Shown: in pieces, positions 32,195 to 43,106 of the stretch
How positions within the stretch are numbered: position 1 is the first letter of the stretch
How the letters are laid out: every line of letters begins with the position of its first letter
Source of the DNA: an uncultured Hormoscilla sp.
GTDB taxonomy: Bacteria > Cyanobacteriota > Cyanobacteriia > Cyanobacteriales > Desertifilaceae
Assembly (NCBI GenBank): GCA_963921275.4
Contig: OZ001293.3
Coordinates: 4,160,001 to 4,224,000, forward strand
DNA length: 64,000 bases
Direction of reading: 5' to 3'
Notes under the pieces: generated by a model
Told to the model about the DNA's origin: nothing
Seen by the model: only the letters and a program-made list of their open reading frames with translations
Database searches by the model: none
Position numbers and translations under genes: made by a program

Positions 32195-34090
32195 TTATGA
32201 CAGGCGATCGCGAAAATCATCTATTGTCCGTTTCAACCCTTCTGCCAGGGGAATAGTGGGTTCCCATCCCAGCCAGGTTTTCGCACGAGTAATATCCGGT
32301 TGTCGCTGTCGGGGGTCATCCTGTGGCAGGGGTTTAAAGATTATCTCCGCCTCTGGGTTAATCATTTCCTGGATTTTGCGAGCCAGTTCTAAGATAGTAT
32401 ATTCATCAGGATTCCCGATATTAACTGGTCCTACATATTCCCCATTCATCAACCGAATTATTCCTTCTACCAGGTCCGATACATAGCAAAAACTCCTTGT
32501 TTGGGAACCATCTCCATACACCGTCAGGGGGATGCCTTTTAAGGCCTGGACGATAAAATTGCTCACCACTCGTTCATCATTTGCCAACATCCGGGGTCCA
32601 TAGGTGTTGAAGATGCGTACCACCCGAATGTCTACATTATTTTGCCGGTGATAGTCAAATGACAGAGTTTCCGCAATCCGTTTCCCTTCATCATAACAAT
32701 TTCCACAAAACAGGGCTTTCCCGTTTCTTCTGACAAATATGACGTGGTTGGGTACGTTTACGCAGTAGACAAATCCATCGTACTCGGAAACTGCTTGCTT
32801 TCCATACCTGAGATTTTCACTCCCCTCTTGCACCTGGATCTGATATACTTTTTCTTGCGACTGGGTCTCCTGCACTTCTATATTCCCTGCATACCCCAAT
32901 TTTAATAGCAGTTCTTGCACATCACTTATCAGTCTCCCTGACTTGCACTCATAGCGATCGCCCGTTCCCTCTCCCTGCCTCACCGATGTCCAGAATATGT
33001 TTAGCTGCCTGCTAGACAAGCACATCACATCTCTGGGAATATACCGAGTCTCTGATGGACCCAATTTCTCCAGATACGAGTATAGCTGCTGAGAATAGAT
33101 GCTGATTTCCTGCTTGCCAAGCTTTACATTCGGGAACAGCAACCTGGCCACACATGCTTTCATCTGCTCATATTTTTCTCCTACCTCTGCCAAGATCACT
33201 TGATATTTTCCATCTTGGATCCCAATCGTTCCTGATGTGATATAATATCCCAAGAACTCCACCCAATCATCCATTTTTATCCTGTTTAAGGGATGAACTG
33301 ATAAATCAAACCAGTCTCGTTCTTCTCCTTGATAATGGGCCACCTTCAGCATTTGCGCTGCTTCCCACTGCAACGGGGCATCTGCCCGGATCAGCGACCA
33401 ACCCGACCCTAAGAACGACCAATCCCTCCTGCTTTTGGCATACATTTTGTGATTGGGCGTCACCAGCAGGTCGCAGTCCTGATTTTGAAAGTGAATGACT
33501 TTGCCTCTGTACCTTTCTGCAATTATTTCTACTGGTTGATGATACTCGATTTTTCGCGCAGCGTTCGCCCGTTCTCCATTCAGCGTCGCTATTCTATCTT
33601 CCCTGGATAGGGCGTGAAAATATTTCCAACCTTCGCTGGTGAGAACTTCTGTATCAGCAGAAAAGCAACTTCTAATCCCGATCGGATTAACATTGCCGCG
33701 ATAATCTTCTGTTTGGGGATGGACATCTGGGTCTCCATACACTTCCGAAGTTGAAGCTAGGAGGAATCTGGCCTTTACTCGTTTTGCCAGTCCTAGCATA
33801 TTCATCGTCCCCATCACATTAGTTTTCACCGTTTTTACGGGATTCGACTGATACTGGACTGGTGACGCCGGACAAGCCAGATGATATATCCGATCTACTT
33901 CCAACCGGATCGGTTCGGTGATATCATGGCGGATCAGTTCAAAATAGGGATTATCCAGCCATTTGAGGATATTACGCTTATTTCCCGTGTAGAAATTATC
34001 CAAGCAAAGCAATTCATGTCCTGCCTCCATCAAGCGATCGACGAGATGGGAACCTAAAAAACCTGCTCCACCTGTGACTAAAATTCGCAT
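32195..34090 (-). CDS. UDP-glucuronate decarboxylase (UXS-like SDR) precursor containing an intein; extein 308 aa
   Basis: MRILVTGGAGFLG, HLACPASP, STSEVYGDP, PIGIRS|intein|CYDEGKR, RIFNTYGP. Confidence 0.92.
   Translation of the reverse strand: MRILVTGGAGFLGSHLVDRLMEAGHELLCLDNFYTGNKRNILKWLDNPYFELIRHDITEPIRLEVDRIYHLACPASPVQYQSNPVKTVKTNVMGTMNMLGLAKRVKARFLLASTSEVYGDPDVHPQTEDYRGNVNPIGIRSCFSADTEVLTSEGWKYFHALSREDRIATLNGERANAARKIEYHQPVEIIAERYRGKVIHFQNQDCDLLVTPNHKMYAKSRRDWSFLGSGWSLIRADAPLQWEAAQMLKVAHYQGEERDWFDLSVHPLNRIKMDDWVEFLGYYITSGTIGIQDGKYQVILAEVGEKYEQMKACVARLLFPNVKLGKQEISIYSQQLYSYLEKLGPSETRYIPRDVMCLSSRQLNIFWTSVRQGEGTGDRYECKSGRLISDVQELLLKLGYAGNIEVQETQSQEKVYQIQVQEGSENLRYGKQAVSEYDGFVYCVNVPNHVIFVRRNGKALFCGNCYDEGKRIAETLSFDYHRQNNVDIRVVRIFNTYGPRMLANDERVVSNFIVQALKGIPLTVYGDGSQTRSFCYVSDLVEGIIRLMNGEYVGPVNIGNPDEYTILELARKIQEMINPEAEIIFKPLPQDDPRQRQPDITRAKTWLGWEPTIPLAEGLKRTIDDFRDRLS
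32699..33667 (-). mobile_element. Intein (323 aa) with a degenerate LAGLIDADG-like region
   Basis: Block A CFSADTEVLT, block B VTPNHKM, block F VYCVNV, C-terminus LFCGN followed by +1 Cys. Confidence 0.92.
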
Positions 34091-34118
34091 GACTGACTCC
34101 CTTGACTGCCATCTTTGA

Positions 34119-35933
34119 TTATTGTCCTTGTTCCAGGCGCAGCACCGCCATAAAAGCTGATTGGGGCACATCTACAGTCCCGATGGATTTCATCCGCTTT
34201 TTCCCTTTCGCCTGTTTAGCCAGCAACTTTTTCTTTCTGGAGATGTCTCCACCATAGCATTTTGCCAGGACATCCTTGCGCAAGGCCGGGATATGTTCGC
34301 TAGCAATTACCCTCGACCCGATCGCTGCTTGGATGGGCACCTTAAACTGATGGCGGGGAATCAGTTCCTTCAGCTTTTCAGTCAAGCTGCGACCGACATG
34401 ATAGGCTTTGTCTCGATGCACGATCATCACCAAAGCATCTACCGAGTCATTATTAATCAAAATATCCAACTTGACCAAAGGGTTTTCTCGGTAACCCAGC
34501 ATCTGATATTCCATGCTGGCGTAACCGCGCGATCGGGACTTCAGCTGGTCAAAAAAGTCCGTCACCACCTCTGCCAAAGGCAACTCGTAGATCAGAGTAG
34601 TGCGCCCCTGAGTCAGATACTTCATGTCTTGGAATACCCCCCGACGGCCTTGACAGAGTTCCATCAAGGCACCCACATAGGTTTCTGGGGTAATCATGTC
34701 CACCTGCACGTAAGGTTCTTCAATCTTTTGGCGATCGTTTGGTGCTGGCAGAGTGCTGGGGTTATCTATGTTGATGACCTCAGCATTGTTAAGTGTCACC
34801 CGATACACCACTGACGGCGCGGTGATAATCAAGTCCAGATCGTATTCTCGTTCTAGGCGTTCCTGGACAATTTCCATATGCAGCAGTCCCAGAAAGCCGC
34901 AGCGGAAGCCAAACCCCATGGCGCTGGAGGTTTCCGGTTCATAGGACAGGGCCGCATCATTTAGCTTCAGCTTTTCCAATGCTTCCCGCAACTCCGGAAA
35001 TTGGTCCGCATCTGTAGGGAACATACCGCAAAACACCATGGGCTTGGCTTCTGTGTAGCCTGGCAGAGGACTTGCCGCCGGTTGAGCTTTGAGAGTAATG
35101 GTATCTCCCACCCGGGCATCTTCTACTGCTTTGATCGATGCTGCTAGATAGCCCACTTCTCCCCCATGGAGTTCCTCTACTTGCACTTGCGTCGGCGCTA
35201 ACACCCCCAGTTCGTCGATTTCATATTCCTTGCCCGTGGCCATCAGACGGATGCGATCCCCCTTTTTCACTCTGCCATCCATCACTCGAAAATAGACTAT
35301 CACTCCCCGATAACTGTCATAATAGCTGTCGAAAATCAAAACCCGCAGGGGTGCAGACAGTCTGTCTGCCGGTGCTGGCACCAGATGGACGATGGACTCG
35401 AGGATCTCATCTATGCCGATCCCCTCCTTTGCGGAAGCCTCGATCGCCCCACTACAATCTAGGCCAATTATTTCTTCGATTTCGGCCTTGACCCGTTCTG
35501 GGTTAGCCCCTGGCAGGTCAATTTTATTCAATACGGGGATAATTTCCAGGTCGTGTTCCAGGGCCAAATAGACATTAGCTAGGGTCTGGGCCTCCACTCC
35601 TTGGGAAGCATCTACCACCAGCAGTGCCCCTTCGCAGGCTGCCAGAGAACGGGACACCTCGTAGGAAAAATCCACATGACCGGGGGTGTCAATCAAATTC
35701 AGCACGTACTGCTGACCGTCAGAGGCCGCATAGTTCATCCGAACCGCTTGCAGCTTAATGGTAATCCCCCGTTCCCGTTCCAAGTCCATATTGTCGAGGA
35801 ACTGTTCCTTCATCTGGCGGGCCGCCACTGTGCCCGTGGCTTGCAGCAGCCGGTCTGCCAGAGTCGATTTGCCGTGGTCTATATGAGCGATAATGGAAAA
35901 ATTACGAATTTGAGCGACAGTAGCGTCAGTCAT
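34119..35933 (-). CDS. lepA: Elongation factor 4 (LepA)
   Basis: [50 protein letters not shown]. Confidence 0.98.
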   Translation of the reverse strand: MTDATVAQIRNFSIIAHIDHGKSTLADRLLQATGTVAARQMKEQFLDNMDLERERGITIKLQAVRMNYAASDGQQYVLNLIDTPGHVDFSYEVSRSLAACEGALLVVDASQGVEAQTLANVYLALEHDLEIIPVLNKIDLPGANPERVKAEIEEIIGLDCSGAIEASAKEGIGIDEILESIVHLVPAPADRLSAPLRVLIFDSYYDSYRGVIVYFRVMDGRVKKGDRIRLMATGKEYEIDELGVLAPTQVQVEELHGGEVGYLAASIKAVEDARVGDTITLKAQPAASPLPGYTEAKPMVFCGMFPTDADQFPELREALEKLKLNDAALSYEPETSSAMGFGFRCGFLGLLHMEIVQERLEREYDLDLIITAPSVVYRVTLNNAEVINIDNPSTLPAPNDRQKIEEPYVQVDMITPETYVGALMELCQGRRGVFQDMKYLTQGRTTLIYELPLAEVVTDFFDQLKSRSRGYASMEYQMLGYRENPLVKLDILINNDSVDALVMIVHRDKAYHVGRSLTEKLKELIPRHQFKVPIQAAIGSRVIASEHIPALRKDVLAKCYGGDISRKKKLLAKQAKGKKRMKSIGTVDVPQSAFMAVLRLEQGQ

Positions 35934-36116
35934 AGATATTTGCCGGGAGATTCCAGGTAATCGAACAGCGCGATCTGCCAACAGTCCGGGACGGTTAGGC
36001 ATCGGGTTTAATATATTGTAATCTTTTCCGTGGCCGGGACGGTTGAAAGTATCTCAGCTCTAGATTATCTTTTAATGGGATTCCCACTATACTACCGAAG
36101 AACGAACTTCTTAATT

Positions 36117-36359
36117 ATGAACGATACTGCTACACAATCCCTGAGCGAACTGCAGCACGCTGCTGACAAGGTGAAAGTTTCCCTCTACCTGGATGCCGAG
36201 TTATTGGAGAAAATCAACCATTTGACCAATGATCCCAGCAAGATCGTTGAACGGGCCGTGCGCCAGTGGCTTAGAGGTGAAGCTCAGCGGGACGACGATC
36301 TGACTCGCACTCTACCCAAGAATCCCCCAGTACCGCCTAGAGGCGAATGGAATGATTGA
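36117..36359 (+). CDS. Small ribbon-helix-helix-like protein
   Basis: KVKVSLYLDAELLEKI...SKIVERAVRQWL. Confidence 0.6.
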   Translation: MNDTATQSLSELQHAADKVKVSLYLDAELLEKINHLTNDPSKIVERAVRQWLRGEAQRDDDLTRTLPKNPPVPPRGEWND

Positions 36360-36837
36360 TTCTACTCACTGCGTTGACTGCCCCAAGCCTGCCCCCTCGT
36401 CAAGTCCAGACCTGTATATTCAACGCATGTTGATTACCTGGGGGGCTTCGCCCTCCAATTACTCCTAACAACCGCCCGACAAGGTTTTGGCGATCGCCAA
36501 TCTCTTTTCTGCCATCACCAAAAAGCGAGTAGGGCGCTCAATTAGCCAACTCACAAATCAACTCGCCCATTCGATGTCTCCCGGACGCACGGCGAAAACC
36601 CGGGAGACATCGCAAGTTGGTACCTAAGATTGACAAATATATTTAAGGTGCTATAATAAAAATGATATCATCCCGCTTTGATCGATAAAGCGAGTAGGGC
36701 GCTCAATTAGCCCAGCAAGTTGGTACTTATTTGTTAATGTGAGTTATGGAGTGAGGTGGCAAAGAGTGAGGCTGACAAGACCCTAACGTTCCCGTTCTCC
36801 CATTATTCACATAAATGATGTGCTGGGTATCAGGCCC

Positions 36838-37002
36838 TTTGAGTCCTCGCTTAACACCACGGCGATGTGGCTCCGCCGCATTGAGGACCGGTGTCACCCC
36901 CGCACTTGAGGGAGGGGAATTTAACAATAATGAGTACCAGAGTTTCTAGTTTCCTAGACTAGCGTTCCGTGTTTGACTATGTTAGGCTAAAACGAATCGC
37001 AC
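36838..37002 (-). mobile_element. 5' fragment of the ORF-less group II intron family
   Basis: Minus strand begins GTGCGATTCGTTTTAGCC; colinear with 61007-61176. Confidence 0.85.
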
Positions 37003-37159
37003 TGAATACCGCATCACATATGACCGACAAGCAATTCACATGAATCTAGAGACGCTATCACATTTATCTAGAAACACTGTCATATTTATAGAGCAAATTC
37101 ACATGAATCTAGAGCTTCGTCAAGTGACTCTATGTCAAAGTAACTTTACTCTATGTCAA

Positions 37160-37315
37160 AGTCGCGCGAACCTATTGCCAAGTCACGCGAACCTATTGCA
37201 GAGTCACGCGAACCTATTGCAGAGTCACGCGAACCTATTGCAGAGTTACGCGAACCTATTGCAGAGTCACGTGACTTAATCACAGAGTCACGTGATTTGA
37301 TTGCAGAGTCACGTA
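37160..37315 (+). repeat. 21-bp tandem repeat (GAGTCACGCGAACCTATTGCA) about x7
   Basis: Direct reading; would encode an SREPIAE heptad. Confidence 0.85.
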
Positions 37316-37875
37316 ATATCATGTCCGATATATAGCCAAAAGATAAAAAATTTATCACTTGTAGGTTGGGTCTGGAGCACGAAACCCAACCGCGATGTCT
37401 CCCCGATACCTCTGGGCGATGGCCTTCATCCCAGAGGTATCGAAGGTTTTCGCCGTGCGTCCGGGAGACATCGAAAGTAAGCCCTGTTGGGTTTCGCTAG
37501 CGAAGCGTGCTCTACCCAACAAACGCAAGAGATCTTTTTTATTATGGTTAATCATCCGGACATAATATAAGTCTTGCAACCAAGATGCGATGCGCGAGGG
37601 GTAGTGCGATCGCGCAGGCGGAGTTTGCATGTGCGCGCAGCGCATGTAGCGCGAGTGCATCGAAGATCGCCCCCGCTAAATCTGATAATAGACATCTCCA
37701 AAAACACTGGGGTAGGTGGTGGCATAAGGGTTTGAGAACCTTTTCTGGAGATGTCTAATGAAGGGCCCAATAGGGACTCCAGGGTTCGTCGAAAGAATTA
37801 TTGTTGGTCAAGTATGCCCACCTCAGTCGTGGTATAATAGAGAGAATTAACCAAAATATCAAACAGAGTCAACCC

Positions 37876-38375
37876 ATGTCAGAACAAGTTCGTTATATCA
37901 CCAACGAAGGATGTGTATTGTTGGATAACAGTCGTGTCAATTGGAGGACCGCAATTATATCTAACTCAGATATAGAAGCTATAGAAATTGTCGAACAGGA
38001 GATCGATGACCCGAGTATCCAAGTGGGAAGTGGTTGTCAATGGAATGGTTGTGGCGTAGAACCCCAATGGAACAATCCTAAATGTAGCAAGGTCTACGAT
38101 CATATTTTGCGTCATCATGGTCCTCAACTACAACCCCGTCATTTTCAGGGTAGAATAGCAAGTACCAACACCGATCAAGGACAGTGGCTAAACTTGCGGG
38201 ATTTAGTCAAGGCCGAACAAGTGACTCTTAAACATCCAGGCAGATATATCATCGATTTTTAGCGTCCTCTAGGGCGAGTTTATCATGCCGATGGTAGCAT
38301 AACTGAAAATGTTACCCGTGTTAATATTAACAGAAAGCTGGATGGCACTCTGAAATATGCTTATCCTGTAGTATA
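37876..38375 (+). pseudogene. Putative polymorphic-toxin nuclease domain; internal TAG, C-terminus displaced by IS982
   Basis: YDHILRHHGP...*RPLGRVY...DGTLKYAYPVV; the frame resumes after the IS (39395-39428). Confidence 0.55.
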
Positions 38376-39387
38376 ACTCAAGTTGCGACCTATAAAAATT
38401 GGATACAAAAAGCTATGATAAAGAGAATTATTTTCAACTCTAATCCCTTAGATGTAACAGCATGAATTGACTTGGGAAACAAATTGGTGATTCGACTAAA
38501 ACAGGTTTCAACTTGTTTTCTTGTTACTTTTTGTATATATTCAAAACAAGAATATTCTTTTCTTTTTGAGTTCTTTTTTCGCAAAGGTTTTAACATTATA
38601 CTTGACGACTCTTTTAGTAAATCCTCTAATTGATAATCATTATAAGCTTTATCTCCATAAACTATTGAATTTGATGGTAAGTCAAAGCCAAAAGATTGCA
38701 AAACTTTAACATCATTATAACTACCAGGATCTAGATAAAATTCTATTGGCTTTCCATTTTTGTTTACCAACATATGAACTCTTAATCCATAAAAATAACG
38801 TTTTTTACTGGCAATATACCCTCGATATTCTTCCTTGTTATAAATTTGGCATCTATCAATCCTAATATTATCACATACTGGCACCGGAAAACTATCAAGA
38901 ATATATTCTTGACCCGGATTGAGCTCTTTAAATGTTTGAGCTATAACTTGGAAGAAAAACATCCAAATTGGTTCCTCAATATTGTGTAATCGACGATTGA
39001 ACCTACTTTTACTTAACAGATTTTTTATATACTTGTGTTGGACCATAAATTGACAAGAGCGATCGTGGTGTCCTCCGAAAAAATATGCAGCAACTAATCC
39101 GACTGTCATCACTTCGGCATTGTTCATTTTTACTTGTGGATCTTCTTTTATATTTAACGCTTTTAGTAGCTCGTCACAAAGAACAAAAATTGTTGTAATC
39201 ATATCTTCCATCATCTACATCCCCCAGCAATTAACTATTATTTTAGTACATTATAACCTATAAACAGCCAACCCGCCGTCTAGCACAAAAAAAATATAAT
39301 TTTGTATCAAAAGCTACGAAATATCCCAAATATCTGTAAAGTCTAAGTGGGTAATTCATATTTTTTTTAATAGGTCGCAACTTAGGT
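38376..39387 (-). mobile_element. IS982-family insertion sequence (intact), 7-bp TSD TAGTATA
   Basis: IRs ACTCAAGTTGCGACCTAT / ATAGGTCGCAACTTAGGT; TSD at 38369-38375 and 39388-39394. Confidence 0.92.
38390..39214 (-). CDS. IS982-family transposase
   Basis: SRFNRRL, DSFPVPVC, YFYGLRVH, GDKAY, RKQVETCFS. Confidence 0.92.
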   Translation of the reverse strand: MMEDMITTIFVLCDELLKALNIKEDPQVKMNNAEVMTVGLVAAYFFGGHHDRSCQFMVQHKYIKNLLSKSRFNRRLHNIEEPIWMFFFQVIAQTFKELNPGQEYILDSFPVPVCDNIRIDRCQIYNKEEYRGYIASKKRYFYGLRVHMLVNKNGKPIEFYLDPGSYNDVKVLQSFGFDLPSNSIVYGDKAYNDYQLEDLLKESSSIMLKPLRKKNSKRKEYSCFEYIQKVTRKQVETCFSRITNLFPKSIHAVTSKGLELKIILFIIAFCIQFL

Positions 39388-39420
39388 TAGTATACCATTA
39401 CACCTTCAAGAAGAGAGAAA

Positions 39421-39975
39421 ATGAATAATCATCAATTTCATATTCAATTAGGAGAAGTTTGTTTGGAAAACTCGGCTCTCCCTCCATCAGATCTCCTGGG
39501 AGAACTTTCAGATTTTGAATTGGGACTGCGCCGCTTCTGTTACGAACAGGACCGACCAGTCGCGATCGCGATCGGGCCGTTCACAACCAGAGTATTTTTA
39601 GATCCGGACATATGCATGATGCTGGAAGATAACTTCCCAGAACAAATTGCGCTGCTTTCGGAGGGAAAAAACATGCAAATAGAATTTGCTGAGAGTTGTT
39701 GGCAAATTCTCAAGTTCATGCCTAGAGGTCAGAAAATCTCTTGTCAGATCGGAGAGTTTGGCTACTCTTTGCAGTCAAAAACTGTGGAACTGGACAAAGA
39801 TATAGTTTTAGGAGTGCTAAGAAATTTCTTAAATGAAGTCATGCAGATGGCCGTTGATAAAAGTTACATTACCCAGTCAGATAAAGAAGCATTTATCCGT
39901 CCTGCTTTTGTTACCCAGCAGTCAGTTACCGGTTACTGCATCTGTAAATCTGTAACCCATGCCAGCAGAAAATAA
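39421..39975 (+). CDS. Hypothetical protein, putative immunity protein
   Basis: Overlaps the reconstructed toxin stop by 8 nt. Confidence 0.5.
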   Translation: MNNHQFHIQLGEVCLENSALPPSDLLGELSDFELGLRRFCYEQDRPVAIAIGPFTTRVFLDPDICMMLEDNFPEQIALLSEGKNMQIEFAESCWQILKFMPRGQKISCQIGEFGYSLQSKTVELDKDIVLGVLRNFLNEVMQMAVDKSYITQSDKEAFIRPAFVTQQSVTGYCICKSVTHASRK

Positions 39976-39991
39976 AATAGCCCTACTTTCT

Positions 39992-40399
39992 TCATGATTT
40001 AGCGATCGGGCTATGCACTTGGTCACGCGATCGAGATGGAAGATTATCAATCAACTCCCTAGGATGATTTATCAGTTGTTGTCGGCGATCGCTAAAATAG
40101 CTGACTTCGTAAGCAGGTTCCAGTTCTTGACGCAACTGCTTCCACAAACTAATACCTTCTCGTTCAAAATCCTCTATTTCTTCTGGACTAAGTTCGGGGG
40201 AATCATAGGGGTCTGACCAGTTAATTCTAGCATCGTAAACATTTGCCCAGTTATGCAAACGAGTAATTGTCTCTGGACTTAAAGGTAGTTTTTCCGGCTC
40301 AATATTACCGACAATATCCGGTTCATCCCACCACAAAGGATCGCAGCCATAATCTGCCATTAGTCTAATTTTTTTTACCATCATATCCTCACCTTTCAT
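39992..40399 (-). CDS. Putative immunity protein
   Basis: KIRLMADYGCDPLW...LPLS..T..RL..W; acidic; immediately downstream of a toxin-like ORF. Confidence 0.55.
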   Translation of the reverse strand: MKGEDMMVKKIRLMADYGCDPLWWDEPDIVGNIEPEKLPLSPETITRLHNWANVYDARINWSDPYDSPELSPEEIEDFEREGISLWKQLRQELEPAYEVSYFSDRRQQLINHPRELIDNLPSRSRDQVHSPIAKS

Positions 40400-40402
40400 A
40401 AA

Positions 40403-40795
40403 CTAGCTAAGTTGAGTTTTGGGGTTGGCACCTACAATATATCCATTTTCAAATACACTGATTGATATATACAGAATTTTGCCTTTGAACGTCAATTCAT
40501 AAATTTCTCTAGGTCGAACATTTTTCTTTCCTTGAAAACCTACAACCTTTCCTTGAACCACCGCAGATATCACTGCATCGGGAATCTCATCTGGTTCAAT
40601 TCCTACTTTAGCAAATTGATCGGCTTTTGACAAGATATGTTCTAAGCCGCTTTTAGCATCTCCTGATTCTAAAAATACAATTTTGCCATCCTGTTTCTTG
40701 GCAATTCGCACAATTTTGTCAGGACTGTGCTTTATCCCAGTTTCCTGAAGTTCTGCAATTAATACATCCCGATCGTATATTGGTGATTGCGTCAA
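40403..40795 (-). CDS. Putative stand-alone polymorphic-toxin (RNase-like) domain
   Basis: IVFLESG...SGLEHI...NGYIVGANP resembles toxin C-terminal domains. Confidence 0.5.
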   Translation of the reverse strand: MTQSPIYDRDVLIAELQETGIKHSPDKIVRIAKKQDGKIVFLESGDAKSGLEHILSKADQFAKVGIEPDEIPDAVISAVVQGKVVGFQGKKNVRPREIYELTFKGKILYISISVFENGYIVGANPKTQLS

Positions 40796-40972
40796 TTGCT
40801 TGTCCTTAACACTAATATATTATCTGTAAACAATTAATCTTTGCTGTTCTGGGCACAACAAAAAGATTATCTCCTGCCGTACACAGGATGGGGCGATCGC
40901 ATGATGGGGCGATCGCCTATTCTGCAGATGCAGCCATTAGCAATTAGCCATTAGCAATTAGCCATTAGCAAT

Positions 40973-42304
40973 TTAGGGACTGATTGAGGGCAGGAAACTG
41001 ACAATTCCTGGGAAGATGATAATTAACATTAAAATCATCATCTGGATCAGGATAAAGGGGATCGCCCCGCGATAAATGTGACCCGTAGTAACTTCAGGAG
41101 GGGCGATGCTGCGCAGGTAGAAGAGGGCAAAACCAAAGGGTGGCGTCAGAAAGGAAGTTTGCAGGTTGGCCCCGAGAATGATGCCGAACCAAACTAGGTC
41201 TATTCCTAGCTGCTGGGCCACGGGTACAAATAGGGGAACGACGATAAAGGCGATCTCGAAAAAGTCGATGAAAAAGCCCAGCAGAAAAACTACTGCCATG
41301 CTGACAACCAAGAAGCCAGTTTGACCCCCCGGCAGGTTAATTAACATGTCTTCCATGAAGCTATCGCCATTCAATCCCCGGAAAACGAGACTAAAGGCAG
41401 TGGAACCGATGAGAATGAACATTACCATAGTGGTGGTGCGCATGGTAACGTCAGAAACTAGGCGCAGAGAGGCCCAGTTAACTTGTTTGTTGGCAGCAGC
41501 AAGGGCGATCGCGCCAACGCAACCGACAGCCCCAGCTTCCGTGGGGGTAGCAAAGCCGAAAAAGATACTTCCCAGTACCATTAAGATCAGCAACAGTGGG
41601 GGGATCATGACTTTCAAAACTCGCATTCCCAAAGCTTTGCCGCCGATCTGCCTGACTTCTGGGGGCAAAGGAGGTGCCATGTCGCGTCGGAAAAAGGCAA
41701 TAATTAATACCTGGAGGGCAAAGGCCCCCGCCATCATCAAACCCGGGACGATCGAACCGATAAACAAGTCTCCCACGGAAACACCCAATTGGTCTCCCAA
41801 AACCACCAGGACAACAGAAGGGGGGATAATTTGTCCGAGGGTACCCGAAGCCACGATCGCGCCAGTAGCGAGTTCCTTATTATAGCCGTAACGCAGCATA
41901 ATGGGGAGAGAAATGAGCCCCATAGCGACCACAGTTGCGGCGACAACCCCTGTAGTAGCAGCGAGTAGGGTGCCCACGAGGATAACAGCGAGGGCCAAAC
42001 CACCGCGCAAGCGGCCAAAGAGAATGCCCATAGTTTCGAGCAAATTTTCAGCGATGCCGGATTTTTCCAGCATCGACCCCATAAAGATAAAATAGGGGAT
42101 AGCGAGGAGAGTATAATTTGCCATGATGCCAAAAATCCGTTGGGGCATGGCAGTCATAAAGTTGGGCGAGAATATTCCTAGGGCAATGCCAATGATTCCG
42201 AAGATAATGGCAACGCCACCCAAAGAGAAGGCAACGGGATAGCCAAAGGATAGCAATACTAATGCCCCAGCAAACATGGCCGGACCTAACCAATCATAGT
42301 GCAT
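40973..42304 (-). CDS. TRAP transporter large permease (DctM family)
   Basis: LAIPYFIFMG, SGTLGQIIPPS, ATPTEAGA, SFLTPPFG. Confidence 0.93.
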   Translation of the reverse strand: MHYDWLGPAMFAGALVLLSFGYPVAFSLGGVAIIFGIIGIALGIFSPNFMTAMPQRIFGIMANYTLLAIPYFIFMGSMLEKSGIAENLLETMGILFGRLRGGLALAVILVGTLLAATTGVVAATVVAMGLISLPIMLRYGYNKELATGAIVASGTLGQIIPPSVVLVVLGDQLGVSVGDLFIGSIVPGLMMAGAFALQVLIIAFFRRDMAPPLPPEVRQIGGKALGMRVLKVMIPPLLLILMVLGSIFFGFATPTEAGAVGCVGAIALAAANKQVNWASLRLVSDVTMRTTTMVMFILIGSTAFSLVFRGLNGDSFMEDMLINLPGGQTGFLVVSMAVVFLLGFFIDFFEIAFIVVPLFVPVAQQLGIDLVWFGIILGANLQTSFLTPPFGFALFYLRSIAPPEVTTGHIYRGAIPFILIQMMILMLIIIFPGIVSFLPSISP

Positions 42305-42845
42305 CGTGTTCTTCCTCCCGGGCAGGTAAGTGGCCAGTGAAAATAGCGAAGTTTTTAATTGCTTCGGAGATCCCTTGGAGAATAAGCAGTGCGAAGGCGA
42401 TGGGAATCATAGTTTTAATCGGGTAACGGGGTAAACCATCTGGATCGGGAGATAATTCCAGGTCAGCCCAGGAATAATAGACTGCTTGCCAGGAAAAGTA
42501 GATCGTGAGGATGCTGAAGGGAATGAGAAACAGTAGGGTGCCGATGAGGTTAACGAGGGCTTTGCGTTTGGGAGGCCATCCGCTGTAGAACAGATCTACA
42601 CGGACATGTTCGTTGTGCTTGAGGGCGTAGGCGGCACTCACCAGGAAGATAATATCGAAGAGATACCATTGGGTTTCGATTAGGGCGTTGGAGGTCAGGT
42701 TTTGCCCGATCGCATTACCGAGGTAGCGACCGATGACATTCCACACTCCTACGATTATCATAATTAGTACCAGCCAGAGGGTGAGTTGACCGATACTTTG
42801 ATTGATGCGATCGATAATTTTGGAAAGTCTCAGCAGTTTCTGCAC
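42294..42845 (-). CDS. TRAP transporter small permease (DctQ family)
   Basis: EHVRVDLFY, four TM helices. Confidence 0.92.
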   Translation of the reverse strand: MQKLLRLSKIIDRINQSIGQLTLWLVLIMIIVGVWNVIGRYLGNAIGQNLTSNALIETQWYLFDIIFLVSAAYALKHNEHVRVDLFYSGWPPKRKALVNLIGTLLFLIPFSILTIYFSWQAVYYSWADLELSPDPDGLPRYPIKTMIPIAFALLILQGISEAIKNFAIFTGHLPAREEEHDAL

Positions 42846-43106
42846 GGTTTTAAATTTAAGTGACTGAGTAGTGTATTGTATAGAATTAAGACGCCATCAG
42901 GAGCATTTTCTCGTTACCAGGCTCAGCCTGGTAACGAAAGTTGGGAGGCTCCTGCCTCCTGACGCTCTAGTGCTAGATATAATATGTTAATTAACACGCT
43001 ATACCGAATCCAATTCTATCAACAGTTTTACCCAACTAGAGGCAGAGCCTCTGCAAATTGCGTTCCCAGGCGGAGCCCGGGAACGAGGGTAAAGGGATGC
43101 ACCCAA

